Under the pieces are notes generated by a model that ran no database searches, was not told the origin of the DNA, and was given only the letters and a program-made list of their open reading frames with translations. A program made the translations under genes and the position numbers. Positions 1 to 12,453 of a stretch of DNA of 64,000 nt are shown here, piece by piece. Source of the DNA: a bacterium (lineage in GTDB: Bacteria; UBA8248). The stretch is taken from contig OZ241996.1 in assembly GCA_965204535.1 (NCBI GenBank), positions 1,376,001 through 1,440,000 of the forward strand, read 5' to 3'. Position 1 is the stretch's first letter, and each line of letters begins with the position of its first letter.

Positions 1-1
1 C

Positions 2-694
2 ACCATCCGTGAAGCGCGGAAGACGAACGAACCCGACCCGGTGGCGGCCGCGCTTATTGCTGAGCGTGCGGGCGCGATAGGCATCACCATTCACCTGCGT
101 GAAGACAGGAGGCATATCCAGGACAGGGATTTGAAATTGATGCGCCAAGTGGTTCGAGGCAAACTCAACCTGGAGATGGCGCCTGTACCCGAGATGCAGG
201 GCATCGCACTTGATGTGAAGCCGGAACAAGTCACCCTGGTTCCGGAGCGACGTGAAGAGATAACGACCGAGGGCGGCTTGGACGTGGCAGGCAACATCGA
301 GCAAATAGCCGGCTTGATGAAGCCGTTGCGAGAAGCGGGGCTTCTCTTGAGTCTTTTTATCGACCCGCATCCCGAGCAGATTGAAGCCGCCAAGGAGTTA
401 AACGCAGATTTCGTGGAATTGAACACGGCGGCATATTCTGAAGCCAAAGGGCAGGTGTCCCAGAAAGAAGAGTTGACATCACTCCGTAATGCTTCTTTAC
501 AGACCCACGGACTCGGCATTGGGGTACACGCCGGCCACGGCCTTACTTATCTCAATGTGGAAGCCGTGGCCTCTCTGCCCCACCTGCAGGAACTGAATAT
601 TGGACACAGCATTGTCTCGCTTTCTGTTTTTGTCGGATTTGAGAGAGCTGTGCGTGAGATGTCGGATATCATCGAGCGAGCAGGCCCCGCCTGA
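2..694 (+). CDS. pdxJ: pyridoxine 5'-phosphate synthase (5'-truncated by window edge)
   Basis: Frame open from base 2 ([14 protein letters not shown]); motifs [40 protein letters not shown]. Confidence 0.96.
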   Translation, partial: TIREARKTNEPDPVAAALIAERAGAIGITIHLREDRRHIQDRDLKLMRQVVRGKLNLEMAPVPEMQGIALDVKPEQVTLVPERREEITTEGGLDVAGNIEQIAGLMKPLREAGLLLSLFIDPHPEQIEAAKELNADFVELNTAAYSEAKGQVSQKEELTSLRNASLQTHGLGIGVHAGHGLTYLNVEAVASLPHLQELNIGHSIVSLSVFVGFERAVREMSDIIERAGPA

Positions 695-696
695 AC

Positions 697-2271
697 ATGC
701 CGATTCCCGTCGTTACAGCCCAGGAAATGTCGAATATCGACAATCGGGCGATTCAAGAATATGGAATTCCCTCCACGTGCCTGATGGAGACGGCAGGTGC
801 AAAATCCGCCCAAAATATATGGGAAACATATGGCAGAAATGATTTCCGTGTCCTGATTGTTTGCGGGAAAGGGAATAACGGCGGGGATGGCTTCGTCATT
901 GCCAGGCATTTGTTCAATGCCGGGGCCGATGTTGATGTCGCGATTTTGTTCCCGCGGAATGAAGCCAAAGGTGACCCAGCCGTTTTCTTGAAGTCTCTTG
1001 AAAAGATGAAAATTTCCATCATCGAAGTGGAGGAGGAAAATACCTCACGTTTCGAAGCTTTGGTGAAAAATGCGGACCTGATAGTAGATGCCATTCTGGG
1101 AACCGGGTTTCAGCCGCCTGCCCGTGGCCTTCCGGAGAAAGTGATCCGCATCCTTTCCGCTAACGAGACCCCGATAATAGCTATCGATATACCATCCGGG
1201 CTCGACGGCACTACAGGTGGGGCCGAACTCCCATATATCCATGCGAAAACTACCTTGGCGCTGGGCGGTCTCAAGCGGGGGCATCTTCTCATGCCGGCCG
1301 CTGAGCATGTGGGTGAGGTGATATCTCTTGATATCGGGATTCCGAACGAGTGTCTGAAAGAAGAAAACATTTTACTCCACGTCACGGAACCTTCAGACGT
1401 AGCTGCGAATTTGCCTGAAAGACGCCCCGATGCGCATAAAGGGGATGCCGGCCATCTTTTGTTGATAGCCGGCGCGCCCGGTATGTCGGGAGCCGCATTG
1501 ATGACGGCCATGTCGGCCCTTCGCACGGGCGCAGGCCGGGTGACGCTTGCGGTGCCTGAAAGTATTTCTCCTCTGGTGGAGAGCAGATACCCGGAAGTCA
1601 TGACGTTGTCTTTGCCGGCCACCGAGTCTGGAGCTGTTGATGCTTCGGCGTTCGATTTTCTCGTTGAACGTTCAGAAGACATGAGTGCTTTGGTGATAGG
1701 ACCCGGGCTTCTGACGAACCCGAGAACGATTGAGCTTGTCCATTTACTCATCCAACACATTGGCGCACCCGTCGTCCTCGATGCCGATGCCCTGAATGCG
1801 CTTGCTCAGGATTTGACTATCCTGGACGGCAGACTCGCTCAACTGATCCTGACGCCACACCCTGGAGAAATGGCGAGGCTCCTTGGGATCTCGACGAGAG
1901 AAGTACAAGAAGACCGCATTACACACGCAAGCTCATTTGCCTCACAGCATCATCTTGACATCGCCTTAAAGGGCTGGGGAACAATTGTCGCCACATCGGA
2001 CGGGGAAATCTGGTACAACCCCACCGGAAATTCCAATATGGCCACCGCAGGCAGCGGAGACGTATTGGCGGGCGTTATTGGCGCTTTGCTCGCCCAGGGG
2101 CTTTCCCGAAAATGGTCTTTGATATGCGGGGTTTATTTGCATGGCTTATCTGGTGAATTGGCATCCTTGGAAGTGGGCGGGCTCGGAATCACGGCAACCG
2201 ATATTTTGCAAGCCCTTCCCAAGGCGAGAAGGGAAGTGTTCATGGAAGTAGGAGATTCTGAAACTGCTTGA
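697..2271 (+). CDS. nnr: bifunctional NAD(P)H-hydrate epimerase/dehydratase (YjeF)
   Basis: GKGNNGGDG, VDAILGTG, AIDIPSG, HKGDAG, LDADAL, ILTPHPGE, ATAGSGDVLAG motifs. Confidence 0.95.
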   Translation: MPIPVVTAQEMSNIDNRAIQEYGIPSTCLMETAGAKSAQNIWETYGRNDFRVLIVCGKGNNGGDGFVIARHLFNAGADVDVAILFPRNEAKGDPAVFLKSLEKMKISIIEVEEENTSRFEALVKNADLIVDAILGTGFQPPARGLPEKVIRILSANETPIIAIDIPSGLDGTTGGAELPYIHAKTTLALGGLKRGHLLMPAAEHVGEVISLDIGIPNECLKEENILLHVTEPSDVAANLPERRPDAHKGDAGHLLLIAGAPGMSGAALMTAMSALRTGAGRVTLAVPESISPLVESRYPEVMTLSLPATESGAVDASAFDFLVERSEDMSALVIGPGLLTNPRTIELVHLLIQHIGAPVVLDADALNALAQDLTILDGRLAQLILTPHPGEMARLLGISTREVQEDRITHASSFASQHHLDIALKGWGTIVATSDGEIWYNPTGNSNMATAGSGDVLAGVIGALLAQGLSRKWSLICGVYLHGLSGELASLEVGGLGITATDILQALPKARREVFMEVGDSETA

Positions 2272-2284
2272 ATTCCCCTTTGAG

Positions 2285-2698
2285 ATGCGAAGTGATTCGT
2301 TAGAGCAAACGGTCGAACTAGGTGCTCGCTTGGCTGAAGTATCGAGACCCGGCGAGGTCGTTTTGCTCGATGGTGACTTAGGCGCAGGGAAAACTGCATT
2401 CGCAAAGGGTTTTATCGCATCGATGCCGGGGGGAGAAGGGCAGATCATCAGAAGCCCCACGTTTGTCTATATTCACCACTATCCAACCTTGCCGCCTACC
2501 CACCACATCGATTTGTACCGGCTTCCAAAAGGTTCAGACCTCATGGAAATGGGTTTGTGGGATCATATAGGTGAGAGCGATATTGTATTGATCGAGTGGC
2601 CTAACCATGTGGAGAAATGGCGTTTCCCTGTATCGACACACGTGAAGTTTGAGGTTGTGGGAGATGGAAGTCGGCACCTGTACTTTTTCCGGCCGTGA
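2285..2698 (+). CDS. tsaE: tRNA threonylcarbamoyladenosine biosynthesis ATPase
   Basis: GDLGAGKT, SPTF, HIDLYRL, LIEW motifs; follows nnr as usual. Confidence 0.95.
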   Translation: MRSDSLEQTVELGARLAEVSRPGEVVLLDGDLGAGKTAFAKGFIASMPGGEGQIIRSPTFVYIHHYPTLPPTHHIDLYRLPKGSDLMEMGLWDHIGESDIVLIEWPNHVEKWRFPVSTHVKFEVVGDGSRHLYFFRP

Positions 2699-2887
2699 GA
2701 TATTTCTTCTTTACAAAGAAACGAAAGGGTGGCACTCTTACAGGGCATTGTTTTTGCTTATCTTCTTGATGTAACAGATGGAAACGGTACGAGAAAATAA
2801 ATTTCATGGTTCTGGAGGGATGAGTTTCTTATCGCAGATATGACATGTGCTGTCGTTGAATACCGCCTGTGCTTCAGAAGGTTTGCG

Positions 2888-3499
2888 ATGCTTTTCCGTA
2901 AGATGCTGAGAACGGTATTGCTGGGCTTTCTGCTCGTGATGGGCGGTACGATTGCCTATTTCATCTTGGGCTCTGCAAATCATCAACTCAATTTAGGGGG
3001 TATTTCGCTCACAGACTCGGATGCGGACTTTAGCATAGATAAAATGCATGTCGTCCAAAACACAAAAGGTGTCAGGGAATGGGAGTTGTGGGCCGACTCC
3101 GCCAAGGTGTACCGCCAAAAAGGCTTCACCATTCTCAAGAACCTGAAGCTTCGGTTTTATCCGAAAGAAGGTGAGCCCGCGCATGTGACTGCTCAAGAGG
3201 GAACCATGCAGAATGAGAGTCGGAACATTCGCATCAGCGGCAATGTTACCATCTTGGCTTCTAATGGCGTTTCGATGAAAACGGATTCTTTGTATTTTCG
3301 CTCAAAAGAGAAACGCATTGATTCGGATTCGCGGGTTTTGATGGAAGGGGCTCGTTTTCGTCTGGTCGGTACCGGTCTACAGGGGCGAACCGATACTGGG
3401 AAATACAAACTGAAGGAGAAAGTGAGCGCTACGATATACGGTGCGAGCGAGTATTCCCTCAAGGAGGAAAGAGGAAATAAGCTAACTCGCGCCAACTAA
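2888..3499 (+). CDS. lptC: LPS export ABC transporter periplasmic protein LptC
   Basis: N-terminal TM helix followed by beta-rich domain (WELWADSA, ISGNVTI, TDSLYF); first gene of lptC-A-B-rpoN; start chosen at ATG 2888. Confidence 0.8.
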   Translation: MLFRKMLRTVLLGFLLVMGGTIAYFILGSANHQLNLGGISLTDSDADFSIDKMHVVQNTKGVREWELWADSAKVYRQKGFTILKNLKLRFYPKEGEPAHVTAQEGTMQNESRNIRISGNVTILASNGVSMKTDSLYFRSKEKRIDSDSRVLMEGARFRLVGTGLQGRTDTGKYKLKEKVSATIYGASEYSLKEERGNKLTRAN

Positions 3500-3537
3500 A
3501 GGGGCACATACGGCCAATCCCCTGTTGGAGGGCTGTT

Positions 3538-4131
3538 TTGAAACCGAAAAACTACCGCCTGAAACGTCTTACCCTCATTGGCCTGGGAATATGCTTAGGC
3601 TTTTTGGTGTGGGGCAACACTAACTTATCCGCCCAGGAAAAAACCAAGAAAAGTCACTTAAACCGCAAGGCGCAGATCCACATTGTCTCCGATAAAATGG
3701 AAGTAAACAGTCGGAAGAACCTCATTGTGTTCATCGGCAATGTGGAAGCGAACCAGGGGAAGATGAGACTAAAGGCGAATCGCCTCGAAATATATACGCT
3801 GGAAAACAGACAATTCGGCTCGAAGCGAAGGCCAACTCCCAAGGACAGGGCAGGGGAAATCGATAGAATCGTGGCCATTGGAAACGTAGAGATGGATCAG
3901 GCAAAACGAAGGTTCGCCACTGCTGCCCGGCTCGAATATCAAGAATCCACCGGCATCGCCGTTTTGACGGGAAACCCTCGCGTATGGGAAGGCAAAAATC
4001 GCTTAGTCGGCGCTGAAATAAAGTTGAATTTGAAAGAAGACAAAACGATAGTTCATGGTTCGAAGCGCCAAAGAGTCAGCGTTACCCTATTTCCTTCCAG
4101 CGAGACACCCCGCCGCAAAAAATCAAACTAG
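3538..4131 (+). CDS. lptA: LPS transport periplasmic protein LptA
   Basis: Signal peptide, [29 protein letters not shown] OstA-like motifs; between lptC and lptB. Confidence 0.87.
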   Translation: MKPKNYRLKRLTLIGLGICLGFLVWGNTNLSAQEKTKKSHLNRKAQIHIVSDKMEVNSRKNLIVFIGNVEANQGKMRLKANRLEIYTLENRQFGSKRRPTPKDRAGEIDRIVAIGNVEMDQAKRRFATAARLEYQESTGIAVLTGNPRVWEGKNRLVGAEIKLNLKEDKTIVHGSKRQRVSVTLFPSSETPRRKKSN

Positions 4132-4135
4132 ACTC

Positions 4136-4900
4136 ATGTCAACCCGAACCGATGGCACTGCTGTACGCGGTGAAGGCGCTGTTTCCGTTCAGGCCACTGA
4201 GTTAACTAAAAGCTATTCCGGTCGAACGGTTGTCTCCGGCGTGGAGTTCGAAGTGCATCCTGGCGAAATCGTCGGTTTGCTTGGACCAAACGGGGCCGGC
4301 AAGACGACGATATTTTATATGATTGTCGGACTGATCGCTCCGGATGCGGGAAAAATTTTCTTGAATGGCAGGGAAATCACCGACCAGCCCATGCATATGC
4401 GCGCCAAGAGGGGAATCAGCTATCTTCCTCAGGAAGCGTCTGTGTTTCGCCGCCTTTCGGTAAGGCAAAACATCATGGCGGTGCTTGAATTGGTTTTGCG
4501 TGCTCCAGACCAGCGCGAGCGGCGATTAAACGAGATTCTAGAGGACTTGGATATCCAGCACATTCAATCTTTGAAGGGATATGCTCTCTCCGGCGGGGAA
4601 CGGCGGCGTGTAGAAATTGCCCGGGCATTGGCCACTGATCCCGCTTTTATGCTCCTTGATGAGCCTTTCGCCGGCATTGACCCCATCGTGGTTCACGACA
4701 TTCAGGAGATAGTGATGGGTTTAAAGGCTCGTGGAATTGGAGTCATCATTACAGACCACAACGTGCGCGAGGCCCTTCAGATATCTGACAGGGCGTACAT
4801 CATCAATGAGGGGCGTATACTGGAGTCCGGTACCCCGGAAGAAATTGCCGTAAGCGATAAAGCCCGGAATGTTTATCTGGGCGAAAAATTTCGTTTTTAA
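4136..4900 (+). CDS. lptB: LPS export ABC transporter ATP-binding protein LptB
   Basis: [54 protein letters not shown]. Confidence 0.96.
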   Translation: MSTRTDGTAVRGEGAVSVQATELTKSYSGRTVVSGVEFEVHPGEIVGLLGPNGAGKTTIFYMIVGLIAPDAGKIFLNGREITDQPMHMRAKRGISYLPQEASVFRRLSVRQNIMAVLELVLRAPDQRERRLNEILEDLDIQHIQSLKGYALSGGERRRVEIARALATDPAFMLLDEPFAGIDPIVVHDIQEIVMGLKARGIGVIITDHNVREALQISDRAYIINEGRILESGTPEEIAVSDKARNVYLGEKFRF

Positions 4901-4916
4901 GGTGAGGGAAATCCAC

Positions 4917-6359
4917 GTGGCCTTGCAGCATAAGATGGCAATGAGGGCGGAGCAGCGTCTCGTCATGACCGCCATGATGCGGCAGGCGATTGGCCTTTTG
5001 CCGTTGAGCCGCATGGAAATGCAGCAAGCCGTTCAGCAGGAAATGTTGAATAATCCCTTGTTGGAAGAAATTCAGGATGAAGAAAAAGAAGTAGTTGATG
5101 GAGAGATGCCGGAATTGAGAATCGATGTTCCCGAGAATCAAAACGATGAAAGAGGTGAGGTGGAGATTGATTGGGAAAACATCGCGCAGGACAATCTTGA
5201 TGATTTCTCGCCTTCAGCCCCCGTTGATGATTTTCCCTCTTATGAGCAGACCTTGGCGCGACCCGATACGTTGTATGAACACCTGGAGTGGCAATTGAGT
5301 CTTTCGGTGGTTCCTGAACCGATAGCATGGATTGCCGGGCAAATTATCTGGAATGTAAATGAGGAAGGTTATCTTGAGGCCGACGTGGAAGAGTTGGCAG
5401 CCAACGCGGGCCTTGGGTCTCGAGAAGCTCATAGGGCGTTGGCCTTGGTGCAGGGGTTCAATCCGCCCGGCGTTGCTGCGAGGACACTTCAAGAATGCCT
5501 GCTTATACAGTTGAAAAATAATGAATTGCCTGTGAACGGAAATAGCTCTATCGTGGAGCTTGCGAGAGTCTTGGTGCGAAAGAATATAGAGAAGATAGGT
5601 GAGCCTCCATATGCGAAACTCGCCAAGGCCAACGACGTCGATGTGGAAGACATCGTTCAGGCCGTCGACATCATTCGGAGCCTCGACCCGCGTCCAGGGT
5701 TGCGTTTTTCTGATCGCAGAGTGGAGATAGTGGTCCCGGATGTGAGCGTCGACAAAAGAGGAGATGAATATGAGGTGACACTCAATGACGATGACCTGCC
5801 ACTCCTGCGCGTCAACTCTAAATATGCGGCCATGGCGGTCGACAAAGCGGGAATCTCGCCCGACACGCGGAAGTATCTGGAGGAAAAGTTAAGGGCAGCT
5901 GCCTGGTTTGTGAAAAGTATAGAGCAAAGAAAACAGACGATTCTGAAAGTTTGCCGAAGCATCGTGCGTTTCCAAAAAGATTTTCTGGATTATGGCGTGA
6001 GTCATATAAAGCCCCTCATCTTGAGGGATGTGGCGCAAGATATCGGGATGCACGAATCGACCGTGAGTCGTGTTACGACGGACAAGTATATGGATACCCC
6101 GCAGGGTGTTTTAAGCTTTAAGTATTTTTTTCACAGTGGGTTGGAATCAAGTGCGGGGGAGAGTGCCTCTTCCGTGGCCGTAAAGGAAATCATCAAGAAT
6201 ATGGTCGCGCAGGAAAACCCTGAGAAGCCGCTCACCGACCAGCAAATTGCGGATAGGCTCAAGCAGGACAACGTGGCGATAGCAAGGCGAACGGTGACGA
6301 AATACCGCAAGGAGCTCCGCATCTCGCCCACCAGCAAAAGACGCAAAATACGTCAATAA
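4917..6359 (+). CDS. rpoN: RNA polymerase sigma-54 factor
   Basis: NPLLE, PPGVAAR.LQECLLIQL, HESTVSRVT, RpoN box ARRTVTKYR; GTG start at 4917 with RBS. Confidence 0.97.
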   Translation: MALQHKMAMRAEQRLVMTAMMRQAIGLLPLSRMEMQQAVQQEMLNNPLLEEIQDEEKEVVDGEMPELRIDVPENQNDERGEVEIDWENIAQDNLDDFSPSAPVDDFPSYEQTLARPDTLYEHLEWQLSLSVVPEPIAWIAGQIIWNVNEEGYLEADVEELAANAGLGSREAHRALALVQGFNPPGVAARTLQECLLIQLKNNELPVNGNSSIVELARVLVRKNIEKIGEPPYAKLAKANDVDVEDIVQAVDIIRSLDPRPGLRFSDRRVEIVVPDVSVDKRGDEYEVTLNDDDLPLLRVNSKYAAMAVDKAGISPDTRKYLEEKLRAAAWFVKSIEQRKQTILKVCRSIVRFQKDFLDYGVSHIKPLILRDVAQDIGMHESTVSRVTTDKYMDTPQGVLSFKYFFHSGLESSAGESASSVAVKEIIKNMVAQENPEKPLTDQQIADRLKQDNVAIARRTVTKYRKELRISPTSKRRKIRQ

Positions 6360-6613
6360 CATCTAAGCGCGGTTTGCTCATGAGCTCATAATTCTCACCT
6401 GCGCACCCTATGGTTCGCAGGGGCGACTCAGGAAGATCCCCGGTTCCGCGGTTTATCTGAAAAAAGGAAAAATATTTGTTATTATTCGCATAGGTGGACG
6501 TTCCATTTTCTGGTGCGCAACATGGCGTCTCAATGGTCTCGTATCGGAGATTTTTCTGGATATCCCGGAACGGACATTGAAGCCCCTGGGTGTGTAGAGC
6601 ATCGAGGAACATT

Positions 6614-7552
6614 ATGAGCAAGCTCTCAGTATCTCAATTGTACGCAGATCTGCGGGAAGAGTTAAAGCTCTCCGTAGTTTCGGGCCAGTCCGGCATGAGC
6701 CGACAGATCAATCATACGCACTTTCAAAAAAATGGTTTGCCACTCGCCGGTTTTCTGAAAGCCGTACATCCCGATAGGGTTCAGGTATGGGGCAGCACGG
6801 AGGTTCGTTTTCTTGAGGACCTCGATGAGGAGAGGCGGATCGAGGCCGTGCGTAAATATTTTCGCATGCCCTTGTGCGCGGTGCTGGTCACAGGTGGGAA
6901 AGATATCTTCCCGAGCATCCGGGAAGCGTCTGATAAGTCTAACGTGCCGATTATCGTCTCGGGATTGCCCGGCAAGGAATTGATGTCGAGATTGTCGGGA
7001 TATCTCGAGGAGCACCTCTCTCTTCATGCGCGGCTACACGGCGTCCTTGTTGATTTGTACGGTGTGGGGGTGCTCATTCAAGGCAAGAGCGGTATCGGGA
7101 AAAGCGAATGCGCTCTCCATTTGGTCACGCGGGGACACCGGCTCGTTGCCGATGACGTGGTGGACATCCAGTTGCGTGGGAATGAGTTGGTCGGAAAAAG
7201 CACCGAATTGCTCAAGCATCATATAGAGGTGAGGGGACTCGGAATACTGAACCTGAAAGACCTTTTCGGCGTCGTGGCGATTCGATACGAAAAAAATGTC
7301 GAGATGATCGTCGAGTTGATTCCTTTGACCCCGGATTTGCCTTTCGAGCGTCTGGGAATAGACATCGAGACGCAAAATATCCTGGGCAAGTGCCTGCCGC
7401 ACGTGAAAATTCCCGTTGCTCCCGGGAGGAATATCCCCACGCTCATTGAGGTGGCGGCCAGGAACCTGTTGCTGCAAAGAATGGGTTATTTCTCCGCAGA
7501 GGAGTTCAGTCGCACACTTTCCGCTCAAATTGCTCTCGGGACGACGAGTTAG
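6614..7552 (+). CDS. hprK: HPr(Ser) kinase/phosphorylase
   Basis: HGVLVDLYGVGVLI.GKSGIGKSE.AL.LV.RGHRLVADD, IEVRGLGI, IPVAPGRN. Confidence 0.96.
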   Translation: MSKLSVSQLYADLREELKLSVVSGQSGMSRQINHTHFQKNGLPLAGFLKAVHPDRVQVWGSTEVRFLEDLDEERRIEAVRKYFRMPLCAVLVTGGKDIFPSIREASDKSNVPIIVSGLPGKELMSRLSGYLEEHLSLHARLHGVLVDLYGVGVLIQGKSGIGKSECALHLVTRGHRLVADDVVDIQLRGNELVGKSTELLKHHIEVRGLGILNLKDLFGVVAIRYEKNVEMIVELIPLTPDLPFERLGIDIETQNILGKCLPHVKIPVAPGRNIPTLIEVAARNLLLQRMGYFSAEEFSRTLSAQIALGTTS

Positions 7553-7583
7553 CCGGGAAGAGGAAGAGAAGAGGTTTCGCCGC

Positions 7584-8006
7584 ATGATTGGTTTGGTGAT
7601 CGTCGGCCATGGAGACTATCCGGAAGCGCTGTTGAGTGCGGCTGAGTCCGTCTTGTCCGGAGCAACCCAAATGAAAGCCCTTTCCCTACGGCCTGACGCC
7701 GATCCCGCCGGATTCACGGAAAAAATCGAAAAGGCGGTTATGGAGGTAGATGCGGGCGAGGGCGTGATTATCATGACGGATATGATGGGAGGCGCTCCTA
7801 CGAATGCGGCGCTCGCTATGCTGAACCATTCCGGGGTAGAGGTTGTGACGGGAGTGAATTTGCCGATGCTCTTGAAATTGTCGTTTATCAAGGGAAAGAC
7901 CGTCTCCGAAGCGGCGCGTTTTCTGGTGGAGTACGGGAGGCGGAATCTGGCCCAGCCGAGCGAAATGATCAATTCCGTGAAACAACGCCCAGCCAAGGAG
8001 GAATAA
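7584..8006 (+). CDS. PTS mannose/fructose-family EIIA component
   Basis: MIGLVIVGHG (phospho-His), IMTDMMGGAP.N, EVVTGVNLPMLL. Confidence 0.92.
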   Translation: MIGLVIVGHGDYPEALLSAAESVLSGATQMKALSLRPDADPAGFTEKIEKAVMEVDAGEGVIIMTDMMGGAPTNAALAMLNHSGVEVVTGVNLPMLLKLSFIKGKTVSEAARFLVEYGRRNLAQPSEMINSVKQRPAKEE

Positions 8007-8015
8007 ACGCCCATC

Positions 8016-8285
8016 ATGGCGGAACAAAGAGTTAGCATCAGCAATCAAATGGGGCTTCACGCCAGAGCAGCGGCCAAATTCGTGAGACTGTCGAGTACAT
8101 TCGAGAGCGAAATTCTTGTTCGGTTCCGCGATATGGAAGTGGACGGAAAGAGCATCATGGGTGTCATGATGCTTGCCGCGACCCCCGGCTCGGAACTCCT
8201 GATAAGCGCGTGTGGTTCAGATGAAAATGCTGCCGTTGCAGAATTAGCGGATATGGTTCGAACCGGCTTTGGAGAAATTGCATAG
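8016..8285 (+). CDS. ptsH: phosphocarrier protein HPr/NPr
   Basis: GLHARAA (His15) and DGKSIMGVMML (Ser46). Confidence 0.94.
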   Translation: MAEQRVSISNQMGLHARAAAKFVRLSSTFESEILVRFRDMEVDGKSIMGVMMLAATPGSELLISACGSDENAAVAELADMVRTGFGEIA

Positions 8286-8351
8286 GGTTTCGTGTTGCCA
8301 CGCGGGAGATTGAAAGGCCATGTATTCATACAGACTCTACAAAAAGATGTT

Positions 8352-8364
8352 TAACTTATTGATA
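8352..8364 (-). promoter_or_regulatory. putative IHF binding site upstream of metK
   Basis: TAACTTATTGATA is the reverse complement of consensus WATCAANNNNTTR, in an AT-rich intergenic stretch. Confidence 0.4.
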
Positions 8365-8581
8365 GGTATATGATTAAAAAACTAACCCGAACGATAGTTT
8401 TCGCCTGTCCGCCCCGCATTCAGAGGCTTTCTCACAGGCAGTTTGACGAAAAAACAACATTTTTCCCGCGCGCTTCCGTCTAAATTCAAGAAATGATAAA
8501 AGACGCCGGAAAACACATCCAGTACAGCGAGGCGTTCTGTTGGATTTGATGACAACCTCCAATTTCTGTAGGAGATTTTAG

Positions 8582-11070
<2,489 letters not shown>

Positions 11071-11088
11071 AGTTTCTCCGCATCCGAT

Positions 11089-12408
11089 ATGCCGCCCGCC
11101 ACGGGAGAGTTTTCTGTGGCTGGAAATTTATTCGCCGCGTCGCGCCAGAAAAAAAAGACAAAACGGCTGTTGGGGAATTCATTTCTCATCCTTGGTTTTT
11201 TCCTCGTTTTCTGGGCACAAGAGGGGGGGAACGCCTTTGGCGCGCGGGGATTGGACGCAAGAGTTCTCGGAGTTCGGGAATTCTCCACCCCGGATTATGC
11301 GCGGATAGTCTTCATTTTGAACCGCAAAACGTTTGATTTCAAATCGGGCATCTTGAAAAAGCCCACGCGGATTTTTATTGATATCCCTCGCGGGCGCATT
11401 GAGCGGAGCGCTCGAATTCCGAAATTTTCTCCAGGACGCAGCATCGTATCGCGCCTCAGGTTTGGCAACCCGAGGAAAGGCAGGCTGCGCCTCGTGATTG
11501 ATATAGCGAAAAAACATGATGCCAAATACCGAATTTTCACCCTCGCGAATCCGCAACGCATCGTGGTTGACGTATGGGCCAAAAGCACGAGCATCCTGAA
11601 ACACCCCCAAAGGGGAGGGCGCAAGCGCCCGAAACCCGGCAAGTCCACCCGCGCGCTCAAGACGCCCCCGCGCCGGAAAAAGCTGACCCGCCGCGAGATG
11701 AATCTGGTTCAAAGATTTCGCCACGGTCTGGGTAGAATCGTCCTGGACCCAGGACATGGGGGCAAGGACCCGGGCGCCATCGGTTTATCCGGTTTGAGAG
11801 AAAAACGAGTTGCTCTCGACATCGCACTTAGAACCAGGCGGGTGTTGAGGCGTATCTTGCCCGGTAACAAGGTCTATCTCACTCGAACGACTGACAGATA
11901 CATTTCCCTGTCTCGTAGAACATCGTTCGCCAATGAACATGATGCGGACATATTCATCTCGATTCATGCGAACAGCGCGCATTCGCGGCGCATCCACGGA
12001 ATCGAAACCTATCTGCTGAGCGAGGCGTCATCGGCCAGAGCGCTCAGGTTGGCAGCCAGAGAAAGCGGGACGACCCTGGAACACATGAGCGATTTGCAAA
12101 AAATCCTGAATGATCTGGGATTGAGGTCGAAAGTCACGGAGTCTCAACAACTGGCCCGGCGGGTTCAGCAAGCGATGCTCTCTCGTCTGAGGCCCGGTTA
12201 TCGCGGAATCCGCGATCTGGGTGTCAAGCGTGGGCCGTTCTACGTGCTGCTCGGCGCCCGGATGCCGAGCATACTGGTCGAGGTCGCCTTCATCTCGAAT
12301 CAACGGGAAGCGCGGCGGATGAGAAGCTCCAAATACCGTCAGGCGCTTGCGGAAGGAATTGCAAGAGGTATCATGCAGTTTGTGCGCCGGCCCCCGAGGA
12401 GCCGATAA
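11089..12408 (+). CDS. N-acetylmuramoyl-L-alanine amidase (AMIN + Amidase_3, AmiC-like); start uncertain
   Basis: AMIN-like repeats (P.RIFIDI, P.RIVVDV) then LDPGHGGKDPGA, FISIHANS, PSILVEVAFISN. Confidence 0.92.
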   Translation: MPPATGEFSVAGNLFAASRQKKKTKRLLGNSFLILGFFLVFWAQEGGNAFGARGLDARVLGVREFSTPDYARIVFILNRKTFDFKSGILKKPTRIFIDIPRGRIERSARIPKFSPGRSIVSRLRFGNPRKGRLRLVIDIAKKHDAKYRIFTLANPQRIVVDVWAKSTSILKHPQRGGRKRPKPGKSTRALKTPPRRKKLTRREMNLVQRFRHGLGRIVLDPGHGGKDPGAIGLSGLREKRVALDIALRTRRVLRRILPGNKVYLTRTTDRYISLSRRTSFANEHDADIFISIHANSAHSRRIHGIETYLLSEASSARALRLAARESGTTLEHMSDLQKILNDLGLRSKVTESQQLARRVQQAMLSRLRPGYRGIRDLGVKRGPFYVLLGARMPSILVEVAFISNQREARRMRSSKYRQALAEGIARGIMQFVRRPPRSR

Positions 12409-12453
12409 AAGCGCCTTGAGACGCTAAATCCCGCATTTTCTGGAAACGCTTCC

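Noticed and set aside
6360-6613. hpf/ptsN remnant or small RNA between rpoN and hprK
   Set aside because: No recognisable protein motif or known RNA structure seen
8286-8581. SAM or SAH riboswitch in the metK-ahcY leader
   Set aside because: No consensus of SAM-I, SAM-II, SAM-SAH or SAH riboswitches could be matched by eye
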